DNA of 63,129 nt, counting the filler, from Intoshia linei (lineage: Eukaryota; Animalia; Orthonectida), in assembly GCA_001642005.1 (NCBI GenBank). It is 8 parts of 8 records of this genome, joined end to end, with 100 filler letters (N's around TTAATTAATTAA, not from the genome) between each part and the next. Parts side by side here need not be neighbours in the genome. Positions count along the whole stretch, not along the records: positions 1 to 7,027 come from LWCA01001607.1; positions 7,128 to 24,024 come from LWCA01000833.1; 6 more parts are not named here. The stretch is one strand, 5' to 3'. The first letter of the stretch is position 1. Each line of letters opens with the position of its first letter. This document shows, one piece after another, positions 1 to 13,200 of the stretch. The position numbers and the translations under genes were made by a program. The notes under the pieces were generated by a model. It was not told the origin of the DNA, searched no databases, and saw nothing but the letters and a program-made list of their open reading frames with translations.

Positions 1-232
1 TAAGCTACATCCAGTCAACTTAGAAGAACTATGGAGATATATACACGACGAATGAGACCACGTACCTCTAAAAACTATTTAAGGATTGTATGTCTCATTG
101 CCCAGAAGAATTGTATCAGTGATTAAAAATAAATGATGGAATACTAAATATTAGTAATTTTATATATATTTATCTAATATTTTCATTTTATTAACATAAT
201 TAATTATTTTATAGGTGCCTAAGACTTGTGTC
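1..232 (+). mobile_element. Tc1-family transposase 3' relic with part of the terminal repeat
   Basis: Translates KLHPVNLEELWRYIHDE*DHVPLKTI*GLYVSLPRRIVSVIKNK*WNTKY*, resembling the Tc1 C-terminus (..L..SMPRR..AVI..KG..TKY) but with stops. TIR-like GGTGCCTAAGACTT at ~214 resumes after a Helitron fragment as TAAGACTTATGTCGGGCACTG-TA at ~618-640. Confidence 0.7.
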
Positions 233-254
233 GCTTGGAATTTTGCATAAATAA

Positions 255-617
255 TGAATACTAAAATGCGTGTTTTATATGTGTGTTAACAAGATACAAC
301 TGTACCACCTGTAAATTTGTAGAAATTCTAGGGCTGTTTTCATTTAAAAAATAAAAGTAATTTGTGGTTTTGGCCCTGAAGATATAATTTTTTTAAATTT
401 TCCAACTCGTTTGATTTTCAAAAAGAGGGACAACAGGGGTTTTTGACCCGTAAAATGTGAAATTAGGAGGTTGAAATTTATCTTAATATACGTCCCGGAA
501 AAAACTGTTATTGAAATGTGGTCTTTAAAAAAATCTAAGATGGGTAGTTATTTAAATAAAGCAGAACACACAGACACACACAAACAAAAATCGCGTAGCA
601 TATTATGTAAGTTAGGA
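255..617 (-). mobile_element. Non-autonomous Helitron, 5' fragment
   Basis: Matches the 5' part of the full copy at 38021-39344 (…ACACACAAACAAAAATCGCGTAGCAT…GGA|T). Confidence 0.75.
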
Positions 618-809
618 TAAGACTTATGTCGGGCACTGTATATGGAACCAATGTAATAGACTATAGGGTTGTATGCATACACGTACAATGTACATTACAC
701 TTATTTATGAGACCCAGTACGCCATTTATAGGGAATTGCATTATACCTAAAATAAATTCGTAGTATAATAAATTTGTATACTACATTGTATACATGATTT
801 GTTTTTTAG

Positions 810-3702
810 TTTCATTCTTATATAAATGCAGCTAATATGTTGAAAAAGTTACAAGTTGGATATTTGCAATTTTCCTTGAAGCCGACAATTGAACCTCAAA
901 AAAATTTGTAATTTTTTTATTTATTTTACACAACCACAGTATTATACCACCCATTTTCCCAAAAATTTTTGCATTACTATTATTTGGGTCGCATATATAG
1001 TTTTATAGATTAGTGATGACAACCAAATCAAACTTATTCTGTTACTTTTGACATTACTTTTACTAATTTTTTAATATATATTATGTAGTAGCTACCGTTG
1101 TGACTCGGTTTAACTGTAAAAAGTTGACTAAAAATTTATTCAATTGGATGAACATAATTTGGAGATTTTAACCCTGCGACGGCCAAGCTTGATTCATCAT
1201 TTTTTCCCCATTAATTTAATTTTGACGTAACATTTGAACGGGATAATAGTACTTTAATTATTATACAGACGCGTTTTTCCGTCACTGTTTTAGGTGATTT
1301 ATTTAATATTTTACTTTTATTCAATTTTTAGAATAAAGGAAGAATATGCTATAAAAATTAATTTGCTTAGTAATAATGCTATTGTTCGATTTGTTTCTTT
1401 TAAAAAATTCCACCTTATGGACATTGGATATGAGTATATGATTTGCCATACTGTTAGTATGTTATATTTCTGTTAATAATCTAATATTGAATTATCCTTA
1501 TTGTGTAGAATACAGTACCTATCTAAAATGCAGTATTTATGAGATTTGAACTGTAACACTAAATTTTTTGACTCGGACTAGATATAAAATTATATTTATG
1601 AATATTAAATCTTAATTTGTATAAATCATTGTTTCCCAATCGATCGAAAAATGCTTTTATGTATAAAATTTTAGTGTATTAAAAATTTTTAGTTTTATTT
1701 GAATAAATAAGAAGTATTGATCCGCCAATATTTGAGAACCCCTATGCTAAACTTTAATTTAATTTAAATAACCATATTTTACCGACGTCTAAAATATTTA
1801 TCAACTTTCCATGTCTGTAGGAAAGAAAAGTTGAGGGAAAACTGGTCTAAATAATATACGGAGTAATTAATCAATAATAATACCTGAAATAATTCGATAA
1901 ATATGTTATACATCGTAATATAAAAATTAATGAGGAATATACTTTTTTGTAACAAAATTTGTGGGTAATTAATTATTAGCGGTGGTCGCTAATAATGATT
2001 GTTTTTATTAAAACATTTATTTTATACTAAAAACGCTAATTAATATATCAATGTAGATATAAAAAATGCAAGTAATCATGAATTCCCTAAAGGTAATTTA
2101 AAAATAATTTACATGTATGTTACGTACCTTTTGAAGAATTGTGTCTATTACATATTTTTATATTTAGTATGGAGCGTTATCTTTTACTTATATAAAATTG
2201 AATGTCTGTGTTACCGTATATTTTAAAAATTTACAGTAGTAGAATTTAAATAAACCTAATTTATAATATAATTTTTCGAATGGGATGTTGATATCTATTT
2301 TTCCCTTTCCGAATTTGAGTCCTTCAGGCTCAAAAATACAATTTGCCGTTTTGTTTAAATAAAAAAACAAAATTCTTCAAAAGTATGGTATCATACAATA
2401 TATAATTAAGGGTGTCTACTTAAATCTAACCATTTTTACTAAAATTCAATTCTAAAGGGCTTTTAAAACCGAATTTTTTTATTAAAGGTTGGTAAAAGTG
2501 GGTTTTAAGTAAAAATGGTTGGGTTTAAGAATATTCTCTATAATTAATATTTTAAACCTTAATTTCATATATAGTCTATTTTATTGAAAATGAGGGTGTA
2601 TTAAAAATAAAATTAAAAAGCGACGGTAAGAATGACGCAACTTACGATATAGTGTCTCGGGACATTCCTTGGAACGAAATGATTTGCAAATATTACATAA
2701 AATTTAAACTTGCTCGTGTTGACGCAATATGTACTGATGCAATAGAAATAGAAATTGAACCTAGTTCAGAAATAAAAATGATTATGCCGCTCGGTTCTCA
2801 TGTACGTTTAAAAATTAATATTAAAGGTAACTAATTAAATAATAAATTAATTTGAAAATTATATTGATATACAACACAAATGAAATTAAAATTAATAAAA
2901 ATAGGTTCAATCCGTGAAAAACCCTTTACAATAATAAATTGTCATAAAGATATTACAAAAAACCTGGTATTTGTCCTACGCCATAATGCGTATCGTAAAT
3001 TCATCAACTACATTTTAAGAATGGAGATTGGTGTGATATATAAAAATTATTTAAATTAATTTAATAGGCGACCCCGTGGAAATAACAATACCTCAACATT
3101 CGTATAAATTAAGAAATTTTCAAATTTCGGATGCTACATATTTATTTATTGCCAATGGGACCGGTACAGCACCATTTATTTCAGTTTTAAAAAAAATGAA
3201 AGAGTATATTTATTTTTTCATTTAAAAGTTTTATTTTAGTACATCCAATGTTGTGCTTATTGCTGTTCATCGAAATAAAAACTTTGCAATTTATTCTGAA
3301 TTTTTCAAAAAATTAAAGTGTGAATATTATGAAATTTTTAGTGAAAAAAAAAATCATGTTAAATTAATGAAAGATGTTGGAAATGTTTTAAAACCATATT
3401 TATCTCAAGACAATATTAATATGTATGTTTGTGGGTCTTGGGAGTTTATGAAAAATTGTATTGTGTAATTTTTTATGTTTATATACAATGTATGTAATGT
3501 ATACAATATACAATGTTTCAACATTTGTACAATTTTAATTAATGATGATTTGACAACTACGTATATGTTGATACATTGCAATTTTGAATAAATATTATAC
3601 ATGTAATTATTTTAATATTCTAAATTTTTGTCTAGATTCACCCAAAATATAAATCCAAATATTAAAAAATATTTATTTGAAGGACAACCTTATAATGGCT
3701 GA
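810..3702 (+). CDS. CYB5R4: Cytochrome b5 reductase 4 (NCB5OR)-like, 5' exons outside the window
   Basis: Exon 810-907 (FHSYINAANMLKKLQVGYL) resembles the end of a cytochrome b5 domain. Exons ~2574-2827 (MPLGSHVRLKI), ~2905-3030 (REKPFT), ~3068-3203 (LFIANGTGTAPF), ~3240-3464 (MYVCGSWEFM) and ~3636-3702 form an FNR-type FAD/NAD-binding reductase with GT-AG introns. Confidence 0.7.
2409..2538. repeat. Small foldback/MITE-like repeat (GGTGTCTACTTAAATCTAACCATTTTT…AAAAATGGTTGGGTTTAAG)
   Basis: Inverted ends; inverted related copy at ~7631-8112, and related internal GGTAAAA-rich motifs at ~18400-19900. Confidence 0.55.
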
Positions 3703-4129
3703 TATTTTATAAATCAAAAATTGTATTACAAATTATTGTTTAAATTTAAACTATTGTTATACTGCTTTTTTTTCTAGAATTTTACAATTTAGTTCAAAAA
3801 TCCATAATAATAGACCCTATCCAAATCTATAATTGTGTGGTATAACAACATAAATGGTCAAATTTAATGTAAGGGGAGATATAGAAACATACAGGTCCTT
3901 TAATTTATTTGAAAAAAGTTGCCAATCCTAAACCCAGACACGAAATAAATCATTAATTAATCATATTAATTTAATATGAACTGCATATATTGAACTTATA
4001 TAAAATAAATTGCTATAACTACAATGTATTAAAACATTGTTTTACAGTTGACTATAGCTACATGTATACAATCAAAATAAATTGTGTAGTTTATTTATTA
4101 TTTTTTATGGAATTTAAAAACTAATCTAA

Positions 4130-5627
4130 ATGCCTTACTGGTATTACACAAAAGATAAATTGAAAAACAGTCCTTCCAAAAAGAATGGAATTCCATTTGA
4201 TAAAGAATGTAAAATGCGCTATGAAGCTTGTAGATATATTTTCGACTTGGGAAGTCAACTCGATGTGTAATTTACATTTTTATCATATGTTGCAAAGATT
4301 GGTTCCTAGTCCAGGTGGTATCTTCACTTTATTTCACTTACTACAGACAACTTTAACTATTACAAAGCATAATGTATGGTTTATAATAGTTTTCACGGTA
4401 ATGTAAATCTTACATGATACTAATTACTGGCTAATCTATATATTATATGCAGGGTGTATATTTTTTATATTTTAGATCCACAAGTTCAAATGCTACAGCT
4501 ATCGTTTACTTGCATAGATTTTACATGTTCCATTCACTAGAAAAATTTGATAAGCACGTAAGTTATCACTCAATTTTTAATCTTTGTGTGGATTTTTTAG
4601 TTACTTTTTTAGATTGTTGCTACTAGTTGTCTGTTTTTGGCAGGTAAAGTTGAAGAGACCCCTAAAAAGTGCCGGGACTTGTTACGCGTTGCCAAAGACT
4701 TAGTTTCCAACGAAATCTGGAAAGCTTTTGGAGACAACCCTAGAGTAATATATTTAATACAATCTGTGTCAATTAAAAAACATTAATATTTTAGGAAAAA
4801 GTTATGACTACTGAAAGAATTATTTTACAAACAATTAAATTTGATTTACAAGTTGAACATCCTTATAAATATTTGGTTAAATTTGCAAAAGCTATTGTTG
4901 GTAATTTTATTTGTACAATTTACGTCGTTTCGACCTTTGTCTGTATGATTGCAATTTTAAACAATTTTTATTGTAAATGAAGTAGCAGTGTGCAAACTAG
5001 AACCCCTGCATGGGAAGCCCGTACTCTCCAGTAAAAAATGTAATTTAATATTTTTTTGTATTGGTATTATAGTGCCGGCAATCGATAAGTGTGTCCATCT
5101 ATTTTATATCAATTAATTTTGAGAAAAATCAACTTTTAGCAATCCTTTTGAGACAAATCAAAGTTTACCAACTCTTTAGAAACAAAATTTTTCAAAACAT
5201 TATAATAATTTTATATTATGATGATTTCGACATTTTATTGTATTTTTAGCTGATAAATCAAAAATAGAAAAAATTGTAGAAATGGCTTGGACCTTTATAA
5301 ATGATAAGTAGGTTATGTAAATTTACGTCAGTAATTTTTATTATATTTATTAATCTTAATACATAGCTTTTGCACCACACTATGTATTGAGTGCGAACCA
5401 GATATAATTGCAATGGCGATGTTATACTTATCTTGCCGACTTTCCAAATTCACTCCAGATCATATTAAAAACAAGTCAGTGAGTCAACATGAAAAGCACG
5501 AATGGTGGGAATTGCTCGTATCTGATGTTAGCAAGAGCACTATTGAAGGTTTTTGTTTAATGTGTAATATTTATTATAATTAGAAATTTGTCACAACGTT
5601 TTGGATATTTACCAGTGCGACAAGTAA
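4130..5627 (+). CDS. CCNK: Cyclin K (7 exons)
   Basis: [16 protein letters not shown]…[10 protein letters not shown]…[15 protein letters not shown]…[18 protein letters not shown]…MAWTFIND…[10 protein letters not shown]…ICHNVLDIY; phase-consistent GT-AG introns. The 4185-4406 ORF in the track is the wrong frame. Confidence 0.93.
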
Positions 5628-5650
5628 TTTTGTAAATAAACCCTTTCATT

Positions 5651-6530
5651 TTAATAATGTTTCGATTCTTGTGTTACTAATACTAGAGCATTTGTTGTGC
5701 TTTGTACGTTAAAGTTATTTATATTGTACGTTGATCTAACTGTTTCTCGAGGCAAATGTTCAAATTGAAAAAATAATCTATTTAAATTATCTTCGCTGTA
5801 ACTGTCTAAATATTTCAATGAATTTAGAAACAACATATATATTATGGGTGTGAATTCTTTCAATTTTTTGCGAAAATACATAAGTGCTATAAATTGGTGT
5901 ATTTAAAATAATATTTTTAAGAAAATTGTCATATATTAGTTAATGTGAGCGGATACATTATTCAAAACTTTAGAGGCGATGCCCCAGGGTTTTTTTTAAT
6001 AGTTGAAAAGTAAGATTGGGTGCAAATTGAATATTTTCAAAGTGTTCATACGGTGGAAAAGTGAACTTTTGATATAAAAATTCGTTCACACCTCTAATAT
6101 ATATACTATGTACACCAAAATTTTTAATTAAATTTACCACACGAGTTGTTCAAATGAGTGTTGTAAGAGGGCGGTAGGTTATTATTGGCGTTTGATGCGT
6201 AAGGAGCTTGGCTGAATGTTTGATGTTGTCCATATGGAGGTTGGACGGTTTCCTGCTTTGGTACACAAACAGTATTACAGGCTGTACCTTGTTTCAAATA
6301 GAATGACAGTGAACCAGAAACTCTTGTTTGACAATCAGAAAAATTATTGACAATACAACTATCCTGATTATGGAACATTGGCAAATTTTTTATATTTATT
6401 CGACACACCGACTTTTCAGTAAACCATCCCTATCAAATAATATTGTAATGAAAATAATTAATTACATCTCTGGTTACGTTAATAACAAAATTTTTGGGTA
6501 TTGCAGTAAATTCACTAAATGTTTAATCAC
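5651..6530 (-). CDS. Tollip-like protein (C2-like region, Pro/Gln-rich linker, C-terminal CUE domain); 5' end unresolved
   Basis: The last exon DSYSEDNLNRLFFQFEHLPRETVRSTYNINNFNVQSTTNALV resembles a CUE domain (Tollip-type SEED..MFP....VIRSVL....AAINSLL). It splices in phase (G|GT…AG|AC) to exon 6138-6429 (GWFTEKSVCRINIK…QPPYGQHQ…PPSY), preceded by an exon reading EFTAIPKNFVINVTRD. Confidence 0.6.
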
Positions 6531-7027
6531 GTATAGTTGGTATTGATTCTCTTAAAACAGTGTTACTTAACATTTTTTACTTGAGGGTGTACCTTAAGTT
6601 TAGAAAACACATCAATATTCAAAAATGGACAAATATTATAAATATAAAATCATAATAATAAAAAAATACTTTTATTTGGTAAATTTGATTTATGATGAAA
6701 TATTGATATTTTCGGTTTGACCATTATTATATTAATTATTTAATCCCAAAATGTTCAACAGAGAATTGTCAAAATAAAAGTTTGACACTAATTAAAATTT
6801 ATTTGCGGTGTCCCTGAACGTTATTCATGCCGCAGTGGCTAAGTATCACTGTCTTAGAATAGTGGGAACCAAATTTAGACTGACATTTTTGTAGATTATG
6901 TTTGTCATTCTGAGAAATACTGTTTCATTATTTATATTATCACTAGAGTCGACATTTTATAGCACTAAAAATCCGATGATAATGCTAATTTTATTGACTT
7001 TATACAATTGTGAGCCTGTAATTTTGC

Positions 7028-7127
7028 NNNNNNNNNNNNNNNNNNNNNNNNNNNNNNNNNNNNNNNNNNNNTTAATTAATTAANNNNNNNNNNNNNNNNN
7101 NNNNNNNNNNNNNNNNNNNNNNNNNNN
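7028..7127. other. Artificial scaffold linker N-TTAATTAATTAA-N (also 24025-24124, 31156-31255, 36257-36356, 47179-47278, 52107-52206, 58042-58141)
   Basis: Identical 100-bp spacers with a palindromic core that has stops in all six frames. Confidence 0.97.
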
Positions 7128-7206
7128 AATTTACTATATTGTATTAATATACTTATTATATATACATATTATTATATACATACCAAAATTAATCAAATAA
7201 ATTTAG

Positions 7207-10200
7207 ATGCACTCAGAAAATGACTGTGGTGCGGGAATCTACACAAAGAATAAAATAATTATTAAAGACAAAGAAACAACTGAAAAAAGACGTCAAATGC
7301 AGGATATTCAACAGGAAGAATATGAAAGAACTCTTGTTTCAGTTAAAGAAAGAATTTTTGAGACTGAAGGAGCCGATATAAAAGAAGAAATGAAAGATCA
7401 AATTCGACAATGGTTTCTGGAATGTAGAGATGCTACGGGAAAACTTGCAGATTATCCTAACGAGGAAGATGGAGGATCAGCGTCGCTTTTCAGAAATATT
7501 AGCCCTGAAGAATTGGAACAAGAATTGGCAGCTAAGGTTAAATTTTTAATAGTATATAATTCAATTTTTTTTGTTAAATTTTACATTTTACATTATTTTA
7601 ATTTATAGTAAATTAATTCATTATTTAAATCGAGAATATTATTAAACCCAACCATTTTTGCTAAAAATTCACTTTTACCAACCTTTAAGGGAAAAATCCA
7701 AATTTTACCAAAACTTACGGGAAAACCCAGTTTTTACCAACGTTTAATGGCAAAATCGAGTTTTACTAATTTTTAAGGCAGTGGTTCTTAACCGGGGGTG
7801 CATAATTAATTTTTTGGGGTGTACATAGCTATTTTCAATTTTTTTAAATTGCATTAATAAAATAATTAGTTAAAAATTAATTATTAATTAATTTATTAAT
7901 TTTCTAAATGAGTCAAATTACATAATTGATATTTTTATTATTAAAAAAAAGATTAGATATAAGACATTTATTAGGGTTTTTAAAACCGAATTTTTATTTT
8001 TAGGGTTGGTAAAACTGGATTTTTCTTTTAAAGGTTGTTAAAACTGAATTTTTCTTTTTAGTCTTGGTAAATTATGATTTTTAGTAAAAATGGTTGGATT
8101 TAAGTAGACACCTATTTAAATCTAGACGCATCCACAGAAATTATTTCAAAAATTTAACTAAGAATACAAAAAAGTATTGTTATTTATACTATTTATTAAT
8201 GCTTCTTAGAAATTAGATTCTATTTAATGTAATGAAAATTGGCAGTCAATTGTAAAAAAAATTTGCATAAAAAGTTTATAAAACTTCCTTCATTGGAAGC
8301 ACTTGCTAAACACGCGTTTCTATAAACTATAAAACATGAATTATATATAACTCTAGCTTGACTTTTAGGGAGTTTGTAAAAACAACATTTAGCTCTTCCG
8401 TCAAAATATAGATTGAAAGTATGATCGTTTTTGAGGTTGCGATTTATAATTTATGATAATGCTTATGATTTTAAAAACCATGCAAGAATTTAGTTTTAGG
8501 ACTTTTGTTATTTTTAAAACAAAGGGTAATTTGTGACTTTGACCATAAAAATGTTCTTTTCTGAGGTTGAGATTTACGCCAATGTTAATGATTTTAAAAT
8601 GCGTTCGAGAATTTATTTTTTAAAACAAAAGATAATTTGTGGTTTTGATCCTGAAGAACTTTATTTCGGAAATAAAACTTAGATATAAACATCACACACA
8701 AAAACTATATTAGAAATTGGGGATTTTAAAATTCTACCACTCTTAATTTTGTAAACGGTAACACAAACGAAAACATCCATTTTTATATTAGTAAAGGGTA
8801 TGAATTTGAATTAAAAAGTGATAAAAATTAATAATTATTAATCAACAAGACAAATATATAAAATGTTAAAAGTTATATTATAGAAAGAGGAAAAGGGTAA
8901 AAAGAAGGAAAAAAAAGAAAAAGAAAAGAAAAAAACTAAGAAACAAGCTGATAATAAGGGGGTAAATTCTTTACAATTATAATCAAACCATATGTATTTT
9001 TGTTACTGATATTAGAATTTAGGATGAAGACGGTTGGACAATGAAAAAATCGATCATAGCGGAAAAAATTAATGAAGACTTAAAAGAATATAATTGTACT
9101 GTTTTTGATATTCATATTTATAAAACACTAGTTTAACTGTTATGTACTTGGTGAAAAAAGCATCTGTTTGTTTTTTTATTCTAGGACCGTTAATTACTTC
9201 AAATTATTTCACAATAGAATCTAAGGTGTCGTGAGCTGTTAATAAAATATTTTCGAACTAAAAAAAATGAATATTAAAGTCCTTTTTTGACCGTGAAGGC
9301 GTCACTTTGTCATATTGAATTTTTTTGTGTGTGTTTACTGGATATAACTGTATTAGCTGTAATTTTTTTAAAAAAGGGCAATTTGGGTTTTGGTCATGAA
9401 TATTTGCTTTTTTGAGGTTTCCATTTATTGTAATGTTTATGAATTTAAAAACAATAACCCATAATTTATTTTTTATAAAATTTCAAGACATGTTTTATTT
9501 TTAAAACAAATAGTAATTTGGGGTTTTGACCATGAAGGTATGCATTTCTGAGGCTGAGATTTACGACAATGATAATCATTTTAAAACGCATCTTAGAATG
9601 TATGTTTTATTAAATTTTTAGGTTTATTAATTTTTTTTAATATAAGGAGGAATTGGTTTTCTAACTCTGAAGGACTCAAACTGGGAAACTAAAAAATAGA
9701 TATACAAAATCTGGGAAACATTGTATTAGTAATTGGATTTTTTTAAATTCTAGAACTGACAATTTTTTCAATAAATGGTACACACACATACAATTTGTAC
9801 ATTCATTTTTATATTAGTAAAGGATGTAATAAAAAATTACAATGTACAATGTATGTAACGCCAATATTTAATGAAAGTATAATACATAAAACAGATTGCT
9901 GATTTTTTTTGTAAAATGTTTAATTAATTAAAATATTTAGATGTATGGAAAAACATTGATGAAAGTAACAATTTTTCTCAGCGCTATGATTTAGAATTAA
10001 TAAAAAAAGAAAAAAGAATTGAAGTGGATAATGAAATAAGATTGCAAGTAGATGAAATAATGAGACAAGAATTGAAAAATCTAAAAATGGCCTTGGAAAA
10101 AGATAAAGGGAAAAAAGGCAAAAAGGCAAAAAATTCTGGTAAACGCAAAAAGAAGAAAGGTGGAAGTGGTAAGAAAAAGAAAAAGCGTGATAAAGATTTG

Positions 10201-13200
10201 ACTATTGATAGGTATACTAATTTTAAATCTACGCCCTACGTTCAGATACGCACATGAAGCATAATATGTTCAACAAAATCGGTTGGGTTTTGGATACTTT
10301 TATATGTATATAACCGTTGTTTATAAGCCTTTCAATTTTAAGTGAAGGCATAAGTTTTTGGAATTGAAATTTATCAAATTGTTCATGATTTTAAAATTTG
10401 TACCAGGCTGCTATTTTTTAACTTTTAAGACTTGTTAATTTATAAAAAAATAATAATTCGTGTTTTTGACATGTTAGGAAAATTTCTGAGTATAAAATTT
10501 GCGATAAAACTTCAACCTCGAAAAATTATATTAGCAATTGGTATTCTTAAACCTCTATGCCTATTAGTTTATTAACGTAACGTAATGTAAATGGTAACAG
10601 ACACATAAATAAAACGACATGTCTGTTTAATAAGTAGTGGTTATTTATATATGTATTTTTAGCTAAACAATTTTACATAAGTAATGATATATAAAATATT
10701 ATGAATAACGTAAAATTAATGTTAAGTAATCTTTTTGGCCTCATGTTCAAAAATTCGATATAAAGATATAATTATTATTATAATTATATTTTATATAATA
10801 TTTGTATAATTCTACAAATATTTAAATAAAAAATACGCTTTCGCAACGTAACTAAAAATTTCATAGTCTTTGCGCGTTGAAAAAATATAACTTGAGAAAA
10901 CTTAAAGTGTTTAAAATTGTCTTAAAATATTTTAATTATAGCTAAAATATTACATAATTTAAATTTATATATAAATCTAGAAGCATTGAATCGCTTTATG
11001 AAGAATTGGTTATGGAAGGAATAATTATAAAGCCTGATGTAATTAAAGTAAATGACTTTGTAGGAGAATACTCATATTTGGGTACAACTCTTCGACAAAT
11101 CAACATTGAACCAATGCCGTCATTAAGTGATACACGACGAGTGGCAACACAATTTGGGATTTTACCACTAGGTATATATAGATTTAGATTAAATTCATGT
11201 AAAACCTATGTACTATACATTCTTGTAGTTTATTTAACACTAATAGAGTTAATACTGTAATTATTTGCCAATTATTCAAAATATGCAAAATATAGAATAC
11301 TCTAGTTCAAGGGTCGGGAACCAGTGGCCCACAGAATAATTTTGGTGTCCTATTATGTAAATATGTAGATTATTTATTTTTTAACTTTAAAATACCGTAA
11401 TAAGCATTTTATACTACAATTGGCTCTTTATAATTATTTTCATACTGAATTTTCAAATCGCCCTGGATTTTATTGTGTTGAATATACTAGAACCGTTTCT
11501 CTTTAATTAAATTGAAATGTATCATTTGTATATTTTTAAAAACGGGGCCCGTGAAATTTTTTGATATAAAAAGTGGCCCACGAGGTGCAAAAGGTTGCCG
11601 ACCCTTGCTCTAGTGAGAATAAAAATGTTTTCAGACCTGAGGAAGTGAAGTTACAGAAAAGGAAACATCTTTCACGATGTAATCAGTGCAGTAATAATAA
11701 AAGATGTATAATACTAAAAAAATTAGAAATTAAAAAAAAGCAAATATAAATTTTTGGGAATAATTTGTTGTCTGTGATTAACGTTGATACTGAAAATCAT
11801 TGGTTTATCATCAAGAAAAAATTTGCGCATATTAAAGACATCATTAGGCATTCTTTCAAAGTATTTTAAATTTTTTGAAAATGATTATTTGAGAATCAAA
11901 AAGCTTATCAGTGAAAAAATATCCCAAGGAATCACATTTTTTGTTTCGTAATAAAAAAATGAATACTAAAGTGCACTTTTGACGATGAACGCGTCATTTA
12001 GTCACATTGAAATTTTTCTGTGTGTGTTAACAGGATATAAGTGTACCTTCGGTAATTTTAAATTCTAGGGTTGTTTTCATTTTAAAAAAAATGCGGGTAA
12101 TCTGTGGTTTTAACCGTGTAAATTATTTTTTTTGAGGTTTCCATTTATGATGATACTTATTATTTTTAGAATCTAAAAGCTATCCCAGAATTTATGTTTT
12201 ATAAAATTTTAGGACATGTGTCATTTTTAAAAAAAAGGGTAATTTGTGGTTTTGACCATGAAAGATTGAGTTTATGAGGTTGAGATTAACGACAATTGTT
12301 AATAATGATATAACGCGTCCCAGAATGTATGTTTTATTAAATTTTTAGGATGATTCTTTTTTTTAACAAAAAAGAAAATTGGGGTTTTAACCTTGAAAGA
12401 CTCAAATTCTGAAACTAAAAAATTGATAAAAACACGCTCTGGGAAAAACTGCATAAAAAAATGGGTTGTTTAAATACTACTACTATCAAATTTTTCAGTA
12501 AATGGTTACATACACAGACATTAATTTTTATATAAGTGAAGAATTCATATCAAATAATTAAACATAATACTTTATTTACTTACATAATGTTACGCAATAT
12601 TTTTTTGTGTGGGTGTTCCACTTTATTTCAATAACTACCAGTCTTAGAATTTTATAAAGTCCACATAACAGTTTTTTCCTGGGTGATAATAAGATACATT
12701 TTAACCTCCCAATGTAACATCTTACTGTGAAAAACCCCTATTGTCTTTTTTTTAAAAATCAAACAAGTTAAGGAATTAAAAAAAAAAATATATAAGCTGA
12801 TACGGATTTTAAAATCATAAACAGTATCATAAATTTAAATTTAAAAAAATAATATCTTAAGGACCAAACAACAAATTACCAGTTTTTTTTATGAAAGCAG
12901 CACTAGAATTTAAAAAATACTTGTGGTATCCTGTTAAAACACACAAAAAATTTTAATCCGAATAATTGACGACTTTACGGTCAAAAAAGGATTTTAGTAT
13001 TTATATATTTTTTTTTAAAATATGTTATTAAAAGAAATAATGTGAAATAATTAACTGCCCGAAAATTAAAAGAAGACATTATTATGATAGAGCTTATTCC
13101 AGTTGATATAAATACAAAATTTTAACCTCAGAAATCTACGCATTCCCGGTGAAAAATAATATTTAATATATTATGACCAATATTTTTCAAATATTTGGAT

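Noticed and set aside
7072-7083. Recurring TTAATTAATTAA palindrome as a biological site
   Set aside because: Always centred in identical N runs; an assembly linker.
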